Source: Eledone cirrhosa (Eukaryota). Taken from it: a stretch of DNA of 64,000 nucleotides. The notes under the pieces were generated by a model. It worked only from the letters and a program-made list of their open reading frames with translations. It did no database searches and was not told where the DNA came from. Numbering within the stretch: the first letter of the stretch is position 1; every line of letters begins with the position of its first letter. Made by a program: the position numbers and the translations under genes. The stretch is from positions 1,054,001 to 1,118,000 of the forward strand of contig OZ024759.1 in assembly GCA_964016885.1 (NCBI GenBank), written 5' to 3'. Positions 33,520-49,949 of this stretch are shown here, piece after piece.

Positions 33520-34370
33520 AAAGTCTATATTAGTAACATGACACAGTCTATATTAGTAACATGATATAGTCTATATTAGTAACATGACAAAGTCTATATT
33601 AGTAGCATGACACAGTCTAAATTAGTAACATGACACAGTCTATATTAGTAACATGACAGTCTATATTAGTAACATGACAGTCTATATTAGTAACATGACA
33701 AAGTCTATATTAGTAGTATGACAAAGTCTATATTAGTAACATGACAGTCTATATTAGTAACATGACAAAGTCTATATTAGTAGCATGACAAAGTCTATAT
33801 TAGTAGCATGACACAGTCTATATTAGTAACATGACAGTCTATATTAGTAACATGACACAGTCTATATTAGTAACATGACAAAGTCTATATTAGTAGCATG
33901 ACAAAGTCTATATTAGTAACATGACAAAGTCTATATTAGTAACATGACACAGTCTATATTAGTAACATGACATAGTCTATATTAGTAACATGACAAAGTC
34001 TATATTAGTAGCATGACACAGTCTAAATTAGTAACATGACACAGTCTATATTAGTAACATGACAGTCTATATTAGTAACATGACAGTCTATATTAGTAAC
34101 ATGACAAAGTCTATATTAGTAGTATGACAAAGTCTATATTAGTAACATGACAGTCTATATTAGTAACATGACAAAGTCTATATTAGTAGCATGACAAAGT
34201 CTATATTAGTAGCATGACACAGTCTATATTAGTAACATGACAGTCTATATTAGTAACATGACACAGTCTATATTAGTAACATGACAAAGTCTATATTAGT
34301 AGCATGACAAAGTCTATATTAGTAACATGACAAAGTCTATATTAGTAACATGACACAGTCTATATTAGTA
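33520..34370. repeat. Tandem duplication, period 406 bp
   Basis: GTCTAAATT at 33615/34021, each followed by the same GTAGTATG monomer pattern. Confidence 0.8.
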
Positions 34371-34559
34371 ACATGACAATGTCTATATTAGTAACATGAC
34401 AAAGTCTATATTAGTAACATGACAGTCTATATTAGTAACATGACAAAGTCTATATTAGTAACATGACAAAGTCTCTATTAGTAACATGACAAAGTCTATA
34501 TTAGTAACATGACAGTCTATATTAGTAACATGACAAAGTCTATATTAGTAACATGACAG

Positions 34560-37500
34560 TCTATATTGTAACATGACACAGTCTATATTAGTAACATGAC
34601 ACAGTTTATATTAGTAACATGACATAGTCTATATTAGTAACATGACAAAGTCTATATTAGTAACATGACAGTCTATATTGTAACATGACACAGTCTATAT
34701 TAGTAAAATGACACAGTCTATATTAGTAACATGACAGTCTATATTAGTAACATGACAAAGTCTATATTAGTAACATGACAAAGTCTATATTAGTAACATG
34801 ACAAAGTCTATATTAGTAACATGACAAAGTCTATATTAGTAGCATGACACAGTCTATATTAGTAACATGGCAAAGTCTATATTAGTAACATGACAAAGTC
34901 TATATTAGTAACATGACACAGTCTATATTAGTAACATGACACAGTCTATATTAGTAACATGACAAAGTCTATATTAGTAGCATGACAAAGTCTATATTAT
35001 TAACATGACACAGTTTATATTAGTAACATGACAAAGTCTATATTAGTAGCATGACAAAGTCTATATTAGTAACATGACAAAGACTATATTAGTAACATGA
35101 CACAGTCTATATTAGTAACATGACAGTCTATATTAGTAAAATGACAGTCCATATTAGTAGCATGACAAAGTCTATATTAGTAACATGACAAAGTCTATAT
35201 TAGTAACATGACACAGTCTATATTAGTAACATGACACAGTCTATATTAGTAACATCACACAGTCTATATTAGTAACATGACAAAGTCTATATTAGTAACA
35301 TGGCAAAGTCTATATTAGTAACATGACAAAGTCTATATTAGTAACATGACAAGGCCTATATTAGTAATATGACACAGTCTATATTAGTAACATGACAAAG
35401 TCTATATTAGTAACATGACAGTCTATATTAGTAACATGACAAAGTCTATATTAGTAACATGACAAAGTCTATATTAGTAACATGACAGTCTATATTAGTA
35501 ACATGACAAAGTCTATATTAGTAACATGAGAAAGTCTATATTAGTAACATGACACAGTCTATATTAGAAACATGACAAAGTCTATATTAGTAACATGACA
35601 CAGTCTATATTAGTAACATGACACAGTCTATATTAGTAACATGACAAAGTCTATATTAGTAGCATGACAAAGTCTATATTAGTAACATGACAAAGTCTAT
35701 ATTAGTAACATGACACAGTCTATATTAGTAACATGACAAAGTCTATATTAGTAACATGATGGTCTATATTAGTAACATGACAGTCTATATTAGTAGCATG
35801 ACAAAGTCTATATTAGTAACATGACACAGTCTATATTAGTAACATGACACAGTCTATATTAGTAACATGACAAAGTCTATATTAGTAGCATGACAAGTCT
35901 ATATTAGTAACATGACACAGTCTATATTAGTAACATGACAAAGTCTATATTAGTAGCATGACAAAGTCTATATTAGTAACATGACAAAGTCTATATTAGT
36001 AACATGACACAGTCTATATTAGTAACATGACAGTCTATATTAGTAACATGACAGTCCATATTAGTAGCATGACAAAGTCTATATTAGTAACATGACAAAG
36101 TCTATATTAGTAACATGACACAGTCTATATTAGTAACATGACACAGTCTATATTAGTAACATCATAAAGTCTATATTAGTAACATGACAAAGTCTATATT
36201 AGTAACATGGCAAAGTCTATATTCGTAACATGACAAAGTCTATATTAGTAACATGACAAGGCCTATATTAGTAACATGACACAGTCTATATTAGTAACAT
36301 GACAAAGTCTATATTAGTAACATGACAGTCTATATTAGTAACATGACAAAGTCTATATTAGTAACATGACAAAGTCTATATTAGTAACATGACAGTCTAT
36401 ATTAGTAACATGACAAAGTCTATATTAGTAACATGACACAGTCTATATTAGTAACATGACACAGTCTATATTAGTAACATGACACAGTTTATATTAGTAA
36501 CATGACAAAGTCTATATTAGTAACATGACAAAGTCTATATTAGTAACATGGCAGTCTATATTAGTTACATGACAAAGTCTATATTAGTAACATGACACAG
36601 TCTATATTAGTAACATGACAAAGACTCTATTAGTAACATGACAAAGTCTATATTAGTAACATGACAGTCTATATTAGTAACATGACAAAATCTATATTAG
36701 TAACATGACAGTCTATATTAGTAACATGACAAAGTCTATATTAGTAACATGACAGTCTATATTGTACCATGACACAGTCTATATTAGTAACATGACATAG
36801 TCTATATTAGTAACATGACAAAGTCTATATTAGTAACATGACAGTCTTTATTGTAACATGACACAGTCTATATTAGTAACATGACACAGTCTATATTAGT
36901 AACATGACAGTCTATATTAGTAACATGACAAAGTCTATATTAGTAACATGACAAAGTCTATATTAGTAACATGACAAAGTCTATATTAGTAGCATGACAC
37001 AGTCTATATTAGTAACATGACAAAGTCTATATTAGTAACATGACACAGTCTATATTAGTAACATGACAAAGTCTATATTAGTAACATGACACAGTCTATA
37101 TTAGTAACATGACATAGTCTATATTAGTAACATGACAAAGTCTATATTAGTAGCATGACACAGTCTAAATTAGTAACATGACACAGTCTATATTAGTAAC
37201 ATGACAGTCTATATTAGTAACATGACACAGTCTATATTAGTAACATGACAAAGTCTATATTAGTAGTATGACAAAGTCTATATTAGTAACATGACAGTCT
37301 ATATTAGTAACATGACAAAGTCTATATTAGTAGCATGACAAAGTCTATATTAGTAGCATGACACAGTCTATATTAGTAACATGACACAGTCTATATTAGT
37401 AACATGACACAGTCTATATTAGTAACATGACAAAGTCTATATTAGTAGCATGACAAAGTCTATATTAGTAACATGACAAAGTCTATATTAGTAACATGAC

Positions 37501-40500
37501 ACAGTCTATATTAGTAACATGACAAAGTCTATATTAGTAACATGACAAAGTCTATATTAGTAACATGACAGTCTATATTAGTAACATGACAAAGTCTATA
37601 TTAGTAACATGACAAAGTCTCTATTAGTAACATGACAAAGTCTATATTAGTAACATGACAGTCTATATTAGTAACATGACAAAGTCTCTATTAGTAACAT
37701 GACAAAGTCTATATTAGTAACATGACAGTCTATATTAGTAACATGACAAAGTCTATATTAGTAACATGACAGTCTATATTGTAACATGACACAGTCTATA
37801 TTAGTAACATGACACAGTTTATATTAGTAACATGACATAGTCTATATTAGTAACATGACAAAGTCTATATTAGTAACATGACAGTCTATATTGTAATATG
37901 ACACAGTCTATATTAGTAACATGACACAGTCTATATTAGTAACATGACAGTCTATATTAGTAACATGACAAAGTCTATATTAGTAACATGACAAAGTCTA
38001 TATTAGTAACATGACAAAGTCTATATTAGTAACATGACAAAGTCTATATTAGTAGCATGACACAGTCTATATTAGTAACATGACAAAGTCTATATTAGTA
38101 ACATGACAAAGTCTATTTTAGTAACATGACACAGTCTATATTAGTAACATGACACAGTCTATATTAGTAACATGACAAAGTCTATATTAGTAGCATGACA
38201 AAGTCTATATTAGTAACATGACACAGTCTATATTAGTAACATGACAAAGTCTATATTAGTAGCATGACAAAGTCTATATTAGTAACATGACAAAGTCTAT
38301 ATTAGTAACATGACAAGGCCTATATTAGTAATATGACACAGTCTATATTAGTAACATGACAAAGTCTATATTAGTAACATGACAGTCTATATTAGTAACA
38401 TGACAAAGTCTATATTAGTAACATGACAAAGTCTATATTAGTAACATGACAGTCTATATTAGTAACATGACACAGTCTATATTAGTAACATGACAAAGTC
38501 TATATTAGTAACATGACACAGTCTATATTAGTAACATGACACAGTCTATATTAGTAACATGACACAGTTTATATTAGTAACATGACAAAGTCTATATTAG
38601 TAACATGACAAAGTCTATATTAGTAACATGGCAGTCTATATTAGTAACATGACAAAGTCTATATTAGTAACATGACACAGTCTATATTAGTAACATGACA
38701 AAGACTCTATTAGTAACATGACAAAGTCTATATTAGTAACATGACAGTCTATATTAGTAACATGACAAAATCTATATTAGTAACATGACAGTCTATATTA
38801 GTAACATGACAAAGTCTATATTAGTAACATGACAGTCTATATTGTACCATGACACAGTCTATATTAGTAACATGACAAAGTCTATATTAGTAACATGACA
38901 GTCTATATTGTAACATGACACAGTCTATATTAGTAACATGACACAGTCTATATTAGTAACATGACAGTCTATATTAGTAACATGACACAGTCTATATTAG
39001 TAACATGACACAGTCTATATTAGTAACATGACAGTCTATATTAGTAGCATGGCAATGTCTATATTGTAACATGACACAGTCTATATTAGTAACATGACAC
39101 AGTTTATATTAGTAACATGACATAGTCTATATTAGTAACATGACAAAGTCTATATTAGTAACATGACAGTCTATATTGTAACATGACACAGTCTATATTA
39201 GTAAAATGACACAGTCTATATTAGTAACATGACAGTCTATATTAGTAACATGACAAAGTCTATATTAGTAACATGACAAAGTCTATATTAGTAACATGAC
39301 AAAGTCTATATTAGTAACATGACAAAGTCTATATTAGTAGCATGACACAGTCTATATTAGTAACATGGCAAAGTCTATATTAGTAACATGACAAAGTCTA
39401 TATTAGTAACATGACACAGTCTATATTAGTAACATGACACAGTCTATATTAGTAACATGACAAAGTCTATATTAGTAGCATGACAAAGTCTATATTATTA
39501 ACATGACACAGTTTATATTAGTAACATGACAAAGTCTATATTAGTAGCATGACAAAGTCTATATTAGTAACATGACAAAGACTATATTAGTAACATGACA
39601 CAGTCTATATTAGTAACATGACAGTCTATATTAGTAAAATGACAGTCCATATTAGTAGCATGACAAAGTCTATATTAGTAACATGACAAAGTCTATATTA
39701 GTAACATGACACAGTCTATATTAGTAACATGACACAGTCTATATTAGTAACATCACACAGTCTATATTAGTAACATGACAAAGTCTATATTAGTAACATG
39801 GCAAAGTCTATATTAGTAACATGACAAAGTCTATATTAGTAACATGACAAGGCCTATATTAGTAATATGACACAGTCTATATTAGTAACATGACAAAGTC
39901 TATATTAGTAACATGACAGTCTATATTAGTAACATGACAAAGTCTATATTAGTAACATGACAAAGTCTATATTAGTAACATGACAGTCTATATTAGTAAC
40001 ATGACAAAGTCTATATTAGTAACATGAGAAAGTCTATATTAGTAACATGACACAGTCTATATTAGAAACATGACAAAGTCTATATTAGTAACATGACACA
40101 GTCTATATTAGTAACATGACACAGTCTATATTAGTAACATGACAAAGTCTATATTAGTAGCATGACAAAGTCTATATTAGTAACATGACAAAGTCTATAT
40201 TAGTAACATGACACAGTCTATATTAGTAACATGACAAAGTCTATATTAGTAACATGATGGTCTATATTAGTAACATGACAGTCTATATTAGTAGCATGAC
40301 AAAGTCTATATTAGTAACATGACACAGTCTATATTAGTAACATGACACAGTCTATATTAGTAACATGACAAAGTCTATATTAGTAGCATGACAAGTCTAT
40401 ATTAGTAACATGACACAGTCTATATTAGTAACATGACAAAGTCTATATTAGTAGCATGACAAAGTCTATATTAGTAACATGACAAAGTCTATATTAGTAA

Positions 40501-43500
40501 CATGACACAGTCTATATTAGTAACATGACAGTCTATATTAGTAACATGACAGTCCATATTAGTAGCATGACAAAGTCTATATTAGTAACATGACAAAGTC
40601 TATATTAGTAACATGACACAGTCTATATTAGTAACATGACACAGTCTATATTAGTAACATCATAAAGTCTATATTAGTAACATGACAAAGTCTATATTAG
40701 TAACATGGCAAAGTCTATATTAGTAACATGACAAGGCCTATATTAGTAACATGACACAGTCTATATTAGTAACATGACAAAGTCTATATTAGTAACATGA
40801 CAGTCTATATTAGTAACATGACAAAGTCTATATTAGTAACATGACAAAGTCTATATTAGTAACATGACAGTCTATATTAGTAACATGACAAAGTCTATAT
40901 TAGTAACATGACACAGTCTATATTAGTAACATGACACAGTCTATATTAGTAACATGACACAGTTTATATTAGTAACATGACAAAGTCTATATTAGTAACA
41001 TGACAAAGTCTATATTAGTAACATGGCAGTCTATATTAGTTACATGACAAAGTCTATATTAGTAACATGACACAGTCTATATTAGTAACATGACAAAGAC
41101 TCTATTAGTAACATGACAAAGTCTATATTAGTAACATGACAGTCTATATTAGTAACATGACAAAATCTATATTAGTAACATGACAGTCTATATTAGTAAC
41201 ATGACAAAGTCTATATTAGTAACATGACAGTCTATATTGTACCATGACACAGTCTATATTAGTAACATGACATAGTCTATATTAGTAACATGACAAAGTC
41301 TATATTAGTAACATGACAGTCTTTATTGTAACATGACACAGTCTATATTAGTAACATGACACAGTCTATATTAGTAACATGACAGTCTATATTAGTAACA
41401 TGACAAAGTCTATATTAGTAACATGACAAAGTCTATATTAGTAACATGACAAAGTCTATATTAGTAGCATGACACAGTCTATATTAGTAACATGACAAAG
41501 TCTATATTAGTAACATGACACAGTCTATATTAGTAACATGACAAAGTCTATATTAGTAACATGACACAGTCTATATTAGTAACATGACATAGTCTATATT
41601 AGTAACATGACAAAGTCTATATTAGTAGCATGACACAGTCTAAATTAGTAACATGACACAGTCTATATTAGTAACATGACAGTCTATATTAGTAACATGA
41701 CACAGTCTATATTAGTAACATGACAAAGTCTATATTAGTAGTATGACAAAGTCTATATTAGTAACATGACAGTCTATATTAGTAACATGACAAAGTCTAT
41801 ATTAGTAGCATGACAAAGTCTATATTAGTAGCATGACACAGTCTATATTAGTAACATGACACAGTCTATATTAGTAACATGACACAGTCTATATTAGTAA
41901 CATGACAAAGTCTATATTAGTAGCATGACAAAGTCTATATTAGTAACATGACAAAGTCTATATTAGTAACATGACACAGTCTATATTAGTAACATGACAA
42001 AGTCTATATTAGTAACATGACAAAGTCTATATTAGTAACATGACAGTCTATATTAGTAACATGACAAAGTCTATATTAGTAACATGACAAAGTCTCTATT
42101 AGTAACATGACAAAGTCTATATTAGTAACATGACAGTCTATATTAGTAACATGACAAAGTCTCTATTAGTAACATGACAAAGTCTATATTAGTAACATGA
42201 CAGTCTATATTAGTAACATGACAAAGTCTATATTAGTAACATGACAGTCTATATTGTAACATGACACAGTCTATATTAGTAACATGACACAGTTTATATT
42301 AGTAACATGACATAGTCTATATTAGTAACATGACAAAGTCTATATTAGTAACATGACAGTCTATATTGTAATATGACACAGTCTATATTAGTAACATGAC
42401 ACAGTCTATATTAGTAACATGACAGTCTATATTAGTAACATGACAAAGTCTATATTAGTAACATGACAAAGTCTATATTAGTAACATGACAAAGTCTATA
42501 TTAGTAACATGACAAAGTCTATATTAGTAGCATGACACAGTCTATATTAGTAACATGACAAAGTCTATATTAGTAACATGACAAAGTCTATTTTAGTAAC
42601 ATGACACAGTCTATATTAGTAACATGACACAGTCTATATTAGTAACATGACAAAGTCTATATTAGTAGCATGACAAAGTCTATATTAGTAACATGACACA
42701 GTCTATATTAGTAACATGACAAAGTCTATATTAGTAGCATGACAAAGTCTATATTAGTAACATGACAAAGTCTATATTAGTAACATGACAAGGCCTATAT
42801 TAGTAATATGACACAGTCTATATTAGTAACATGACAAAGTCTATATTAGTAACATGACAGTCTATATTAGTAACATGACAAAGTCTATATTAGTAACATG
42901 ACAAAGTCTATATTAGTAACATGACAGTCTATATTAGTAACATGACACAGTCTATATTAGTAACATGACAAAGTCTATATTAGTAACATGACACAGTCTA
43001 TATTAGTAACATGACACAGTCTATATTAGTAACATGACACAGTTTATATTAGTAACATGACAAAGTCTATATTAGTAACATGACAAAGTCTATATTAGTA
43101 ACATGGCAGTCTATATTAGTAACATGACAAAGTCTATATTAGTAACATGACACAGTCTATATTAGTAACATGACAAAGACTCTATTAGTAACATGACAAA
43201 GTCTATATTAGTAACATGACAGTCTATATTAGTAACATGACAAAATCTATATTAGTAACATGACAGTCTATATTAGTAACATGACAAAGTCTATATTAGT
43301 AACATGACAGTCTATATTGTACCATGACACAGTCTATATTAGTAACATGACAAAGTCTATATTAGTAACATGACAGTCTATATTGTAACATGACACAGTC
43401 TATATTAGTAACATGACACAGTCTATATTAGTAACATGACAGTCTATATTAGTAACATGACACAGTCTATATTAGTAACATGACACAGTCTATATTAGTA

Positions 43501-43540
43501 ACATGACAGTCTATATTAGTAGCATGGCAATGTCTATATT
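34560..43540. repeat. Tandem higher-order duplication, period ~4.5 kb
   Basis: GTAAAATGACAC at 34703/39201, TCTATATTATT at 34991/39489 and GATGGTC at 35758/40256 are offset by 4498. GTCTATTTT at 38111/42586 is offset by 4475 after loss of one monomer. Confidence 0.9.
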
Positions 43541-46500
43541 AGTAACATGACACAGTCTATATTAGTAACAAGACATAGTCTATATTAGTAACATGACATA
43601 GTCTATATTAGTAGCATGACAAAGTCTATATTAGTAACATGACAAAGTCTATATTAGTAACATGACACAGTCTATCTTAGTAACATGACAAAGTCTATAT
43701 TAGTAACATGACACAGTCTATATTAGTAACATGACAAAGTCTATATTAGTAGCATGACAGAGTCTATATTAGTAACATGACACAGTCTATATTAGTAACA
43801 TGACAAAGTCTATATTAGTAACGTGACAAAGTCTATATTAGTAACATGACAAAGTCTATATTAGTAACATGACTAAGTCTATATTAGTAACATGACACAG
43901 TCTATATTAGTAACATGACAGTCTATATTAGTAGCATGACAAAGTCTATATTAGTAACATGACAAAGTCTATATTAGTAACATGACACAGTCTATATTAG
44001 TAACATGACACAGTCTATATTAGTAACATGACAGTCTATATTAGTAACATGACAAAGTCTATATTAGTAACATGGCAAAGTCTATGTTAGTAACATGACA
44101 AAGTCTATATTAGTAACATGACAGTCTATATTAGTAACATGACACATTCTATATTAGTAACATGACAAAGTCTATATTAGTAGCATGACAAAGTCTATAT
44201 TAGTAACATGACAGTCTATATTAGTAACATGCCAAAGTCTATATTAGTAGCATGACAAAGTCTATATTAGTAACATGACACAGTCTATATTAGTAACATG
44301 ACACAGTCTATATTAGTAACATGACACAGTCTATATTAGTAGCATGACAAAGTCTATATTAGTAGCATGACAAAGTCTATATTAGTAACATGACAAAGTC
44401 TATATTAGTAACATGACAAAGTCTATATTAGTAACATGACACAGTGTATATTAGTAATATGACAGTCTATATTAGTAGCATGACAAAGTCTATATTAGTA
44501 ACATGACAAAGTCTATATTAGTAACATGACACAGTCTATATTAGTAACATGACACAGTCTATATTAGTAACATGACAAAGTCTATATTAGTAACATGACA
44601 CAGTCTATATTAGTAACATGACAAAGTCTATATTAGTAACATGACAAAGTCTATATTAGTAACATGACAGTCTATATTAGTAACATGACAAAGTCTATAT
44701 TAGTAACATGACAAAGTCTCTATTAGTAACATGACAAAGCCTATATTAGTAACATGACAGTCTATATTAGTAACATGACAAAGTCTCTATTAGTAACATG
44801 ACAAAGTCTATATTAGTAACATGACAGTCTATATTAGTAACATGACAACGTCTATATTAGTAACATGACAGTCTATATTGTAACATGACACAGTCTATAT
44901 TAGTAACATGACACAGTCTATATTAGTAACATGACAGTCTATATTAGTAACATGACAAAGTCTATATTAGTAACATGACAAAGTCTATATTAGTAACATG
45001 ACAAAGTCTATATTAGTAACATGACAAAGTCTATATTAGTAGCATGACACAGTCTATATTAGTAACATGACAAAGTCTATATTAGTAACATGACAAAGTC
45101 TATATTAGTAACATGACACAGTCTATATTAGTAACATGACACAGTCTATATTAGTAACATGACAAAGTCTATATTAGTAGCATGACAAAGTCTATATTAG
45201 TAACATGACACAGTCTATATTAGTAACATGACAAAGTCTATATTAGTAGCATGACAAAGTCTATATTAGTAACATGACAAAGTCTATATTAGTAACATGA
45301 CACTGTCTATATTAGTAACATGACAGTCTATATTAGTAAAATGACAGTCCATATTAGTAGCATGACAAAGTCTATATTAGTAACATGACAAAGTCTATAT
45401 TAGTAACATGACACAGTCTATATTAGTAACATGACACAGTCTATATTAGTAACATCACACAGTCTATATTAGTAACATGACAAAGTCTATATTAGTAACA
45501 TGGCAAAGTCTATATTAGTAACATGACAAAGTCTATATTAGTAACATGACAAGGCCTATATTAGTAATATGACACAGTCTATATTAGTAACATGACAAAG
45601 TCTATATTAGTAACATGACAGTCTATATTAGTAACATGACAAAGTCTATATTAGTAACATGACAAAGTCTATATTAGTAACATAACAGTCTATATTAGTA
45701 ACATGACAAGTCTATATTAGTAACATGACAAAGTCTATATTAGTAACATGACACAGTCTATATTAGTAACATGACAAAGACTCTATTAGTAACATGACAA
45801 AGTCTATATTAGTAACATGACAGTCTATATTAGTAACATGACAAAATCTATATTAGTTACATGACAGTCTATATTAGTAACATGACAAAGTCTATATTAG
45901 TAACATGACAGTCTATATTGTACCATGACACAGTCTATATTAGTAACATGACATAGTCTATATTAGTAACATGACAAAGTCTATATTAGTAACATGACAG
46001 TCTATATTGTAACATGACACAGTCTATATTAGTAACATGACACAGTCTATATTAGTAACATGACAGTCTATATTAGTAACATGACAAAGTCTATATTAGT
46101 AACATGACAGTCTATATTGTAATATGACACAGTCTATATTAGTAACATGACACAGTCTATATTAGTAACATGACAGTCTATATTAGTAACATGACAAAGT
46201 CTATATTAGTAACATGACACAGTCTATATTAGTAACATGACACAGTCTATATTAGTAACATCACACAGTCTATATTAGTAACATGACAAAGTCTATATTA
46301 GTAACATGGCAAAGTCTATATTAGTAACATGACAAAGTCTATATTAGTAACATGACAAGGCCTATATTAGTAATATGACACAGTCTATATTAGTAACATG
46401 ACAAAGTCTATATTAGTAACATGACAGTCTATATTAGTAACATGACAAAGTCTATATTAGTAACATGACAAAGTCTATATTAGTAACATGACAGTCTATA

Positions 46501-49500
46501 TTAGTAACATGACAAAGTCTATATTAGTAACATGAGAAAGTCTATATTAGTAACATGACACAGTCTATATTAGAAACATGACAAAGTCTATATTAGTAAC
46601 ATGACACAGTCTATATTAGTAACATGACACAGTCTATATTAGTAACATGACAAAGTCTATATTAGTAACATGACGGTCTATATTAGTAACATGACAGTCT
46701 ATATTAGTAGCATGACAAAGTCTATATTAGTAACATGACACAGTCTATATTAGTAACATGACACAGTCTATATTAGTAACATGACAAAGTCTATATTAGT
46801 AGCATGACAAGTCTATATTAGTAACATGACACAGTCTATATTAGTAACATGACAAAGTCTATATTAGTAGCATGACAAAGTCTATATTAGTAACATGACA
46901 AAGTCTATATTAGTAACATGACACAGTCTATATTAGTAACATGACAGTCTATATTAGTAACATGACAGTCCATATTAGTAGCATGACAAAGTCTATATTA
47001 GTAACATGACAAAGTCTATATTAGTAACATGACACAGTCTATATTAGTAACATGACACAGTCTATATTAGTAACATCATAAAGTCTATATTAGTAACATG
47101 ACAAAGTCTATATTAGTAACATGGCAAAGTCTATATTCGTAACATGACAAAGTCTATATTAGTAACATGACAAGGCCTATATTAGTAACATGACACAGTC
47201 TATATTAGTAACATGACAAAGTCTATATTAGTAACATGACAGTCTATATTAGTAACATGACAAAGTCTATATTAGTAACATGACAAAGTCTATATTAGTA
47301 ACATGACAGTCTATATTAGTAACATGACAAAGTCTATATTAGTAACATGACACAGTCTATATTAGTAACATGACACAGTCTATATTAGTAACATGACACA
47401 GTTTATATTAGTAACATGACAAAGTCTATATTAGTAACATGACAAAGTCTATATTAGTAACATGGCAGTCTATATTAGTTACATGACAAAGTCTATATTA
47501 GTAACATGACACAGTCTATATTAGTAACATGACAAAGACTCTATTAGTAACATGACAAAGTCTATATTAGTAACATGACAGTCTATATTAGTAACATGAC
47601 AAAATCTATATTAGTAACATGACAGTCTATATTAGTAACATGACAAAGTCTATATTAGTAACATGACAGTCTATATTGTACCATGACACAGTCTATATTA
47701 GTAACATGACATAGTCTATATTAGTAACATGACAAAGTCTATATTAGTAACATGACAGTCTTTATTGTAACATGACACAGTCTATATTAGTAACATGACA
47801 CAGTCTATATTAGTAACATGACAGTCTATATTAGTAACATGACAAAGTCTATATTAGTAACATGACAAAGTCTATATTAGTAACATGACAAAGTCTATAT
47901 TAGTAGCATGACACAGTCTATATTAGTAACATGACAAAGTCTATATTAGTAACATGACACAGTCTATATTAGTAACATGACAAAGTCTATATTAGTAACA
48001 TGACACAGTCTATATTAGTAACATGACATAGTCTATATTAGTAACATGACAAAGTCTATATTAGTAGCATGACACAGTCTAAATTAGTAACATGACACAG
48101 TCTATATTAGTAACATGACAGTCTATATTAGTAACATGACACAGTCTATATTAGTAACATGACAAAGTCTATATTAGTAGTATGACAAAGTCTATATTAG
48201 TAACATGACAGTCTATATTAGTAACATGACAAAGTCTATATTAGTAGCATGACAAAGTCTATATTAGTAGCATGACACAGTCTATATTAGTAACATGACA
48301 CAGTCTATATTAGTAACATGACACAGTCTATATTAGTAACATGACAAAGTCTATATTAGTAGCATGACAAAGTCTATATTAGTAACATGACAAAGTCTAT
48401 ATTAGTAACATGACACAGTCTATATTAGTAACATGACAAAGTCTATATTAGTAACATGACAAAGTCTATATTAGTAACATGACAGTCTATATTAGTAACA
48501 TGACAAAGTCTATATTAGTAACATGACAAAGTCTCTATTAGTAACATGACAAAGTCTATATTAGTAACATGACAGTCTATATTAGTAACATGACAAAGTC
48601 TCTATTAGTAACATGACAAAGTCTATATTAGTAACATGACAGTCTATATTAGTAACATGACAAAGTCTATATTAGTAACATGACAGTCTATATTGTAACA
48701 TGACACAGTCTATATTAGTAACATGACACAGTTTATATTAGTAACATGACATAGTCTATATTAGTAACATGACAAAGTCTATATTAGTAACATGACAGTC
48801 TATATTGTAATATGACACAGTCTATATTAGTAACATGACACAGTCTATATTAGTAACATGACAGTCTATATTAGTAACATGACAAAGTCTATATTAGTAA
48901 CATGACAAAGTCTATATTAGTAACATGACAAAGTCTATATTAGTAACATGACAAAGTCTATATTAGTAGCATGACACAGTCTATATTAGTAACATGACAA
49001 AGTCTATATTAGTAACATGACAAAGTCTATATTAGTTACATGACACAGTCTATATTAGTAACATGACACAGTCTATATTAGTAACATGACAAAGTCTATA
49101 TTAGTAGCATGACAAAGTCTATATTAGTAACATGACACAGTCTATATTAGTAACATGACAAAGTCTATATTAGTAGCATGACAAAGTCTATATTAGTAAC
49201 ATGACAAAGTCTATATTAGTAACATGACAAGGCCTATATTAGTAATATGACACAGTCTATATTAGTAACATGACAAAGTCTATATTAGTAACATGACAGT
49301 CTATATTAGTAACATGACAAAGTCTATATTAGTAACATGACAAAGTCTATATTAGTAACATGACAGTCTATATTAGTAACATGACACAGTCTATATTAGT
49401 AACATGACAAAGTCTATATTAGTAACATGACACAGTCTATATTAGTAACATGACACAGTCTATATTAGTAACATGACACAGTTTATATTAGTAACATGAC

Positions 49501-49949
49501 AAAGTCTATATTAGTAACATGACAAAGTCTATATTAGTAACATGGCAGTCTATATTAGTAACATGACAAAGTCTATATTAGTAACATGACACAGTCTATA
49601 TTAGTAACATGACAAAGACTCTATTAGTAACATGACAAAGTCTATATTAGTAACATGACAGTCTATATTAGTAACATGACAAAATCTATATTAGTAACAT
49701 GACAGTCTATATTAGTAACATGACAAAGTCTATATTAGTAACATGACAGTCTATATTGTACCATGACACAGTCTATATTAGTAACATGACAAAGTCTATA
49801 TTAGTAACATGACAGTCTATATTGTAACATGACACAGTCTATATTAGTAACATGACACAGTCTATATTAGTAACATGACAGTCTATATTAGTAACATGAC
49901 ACAGTCTATATTAGTAACATGACACAGTCTATATTAGTAACATGACAGT

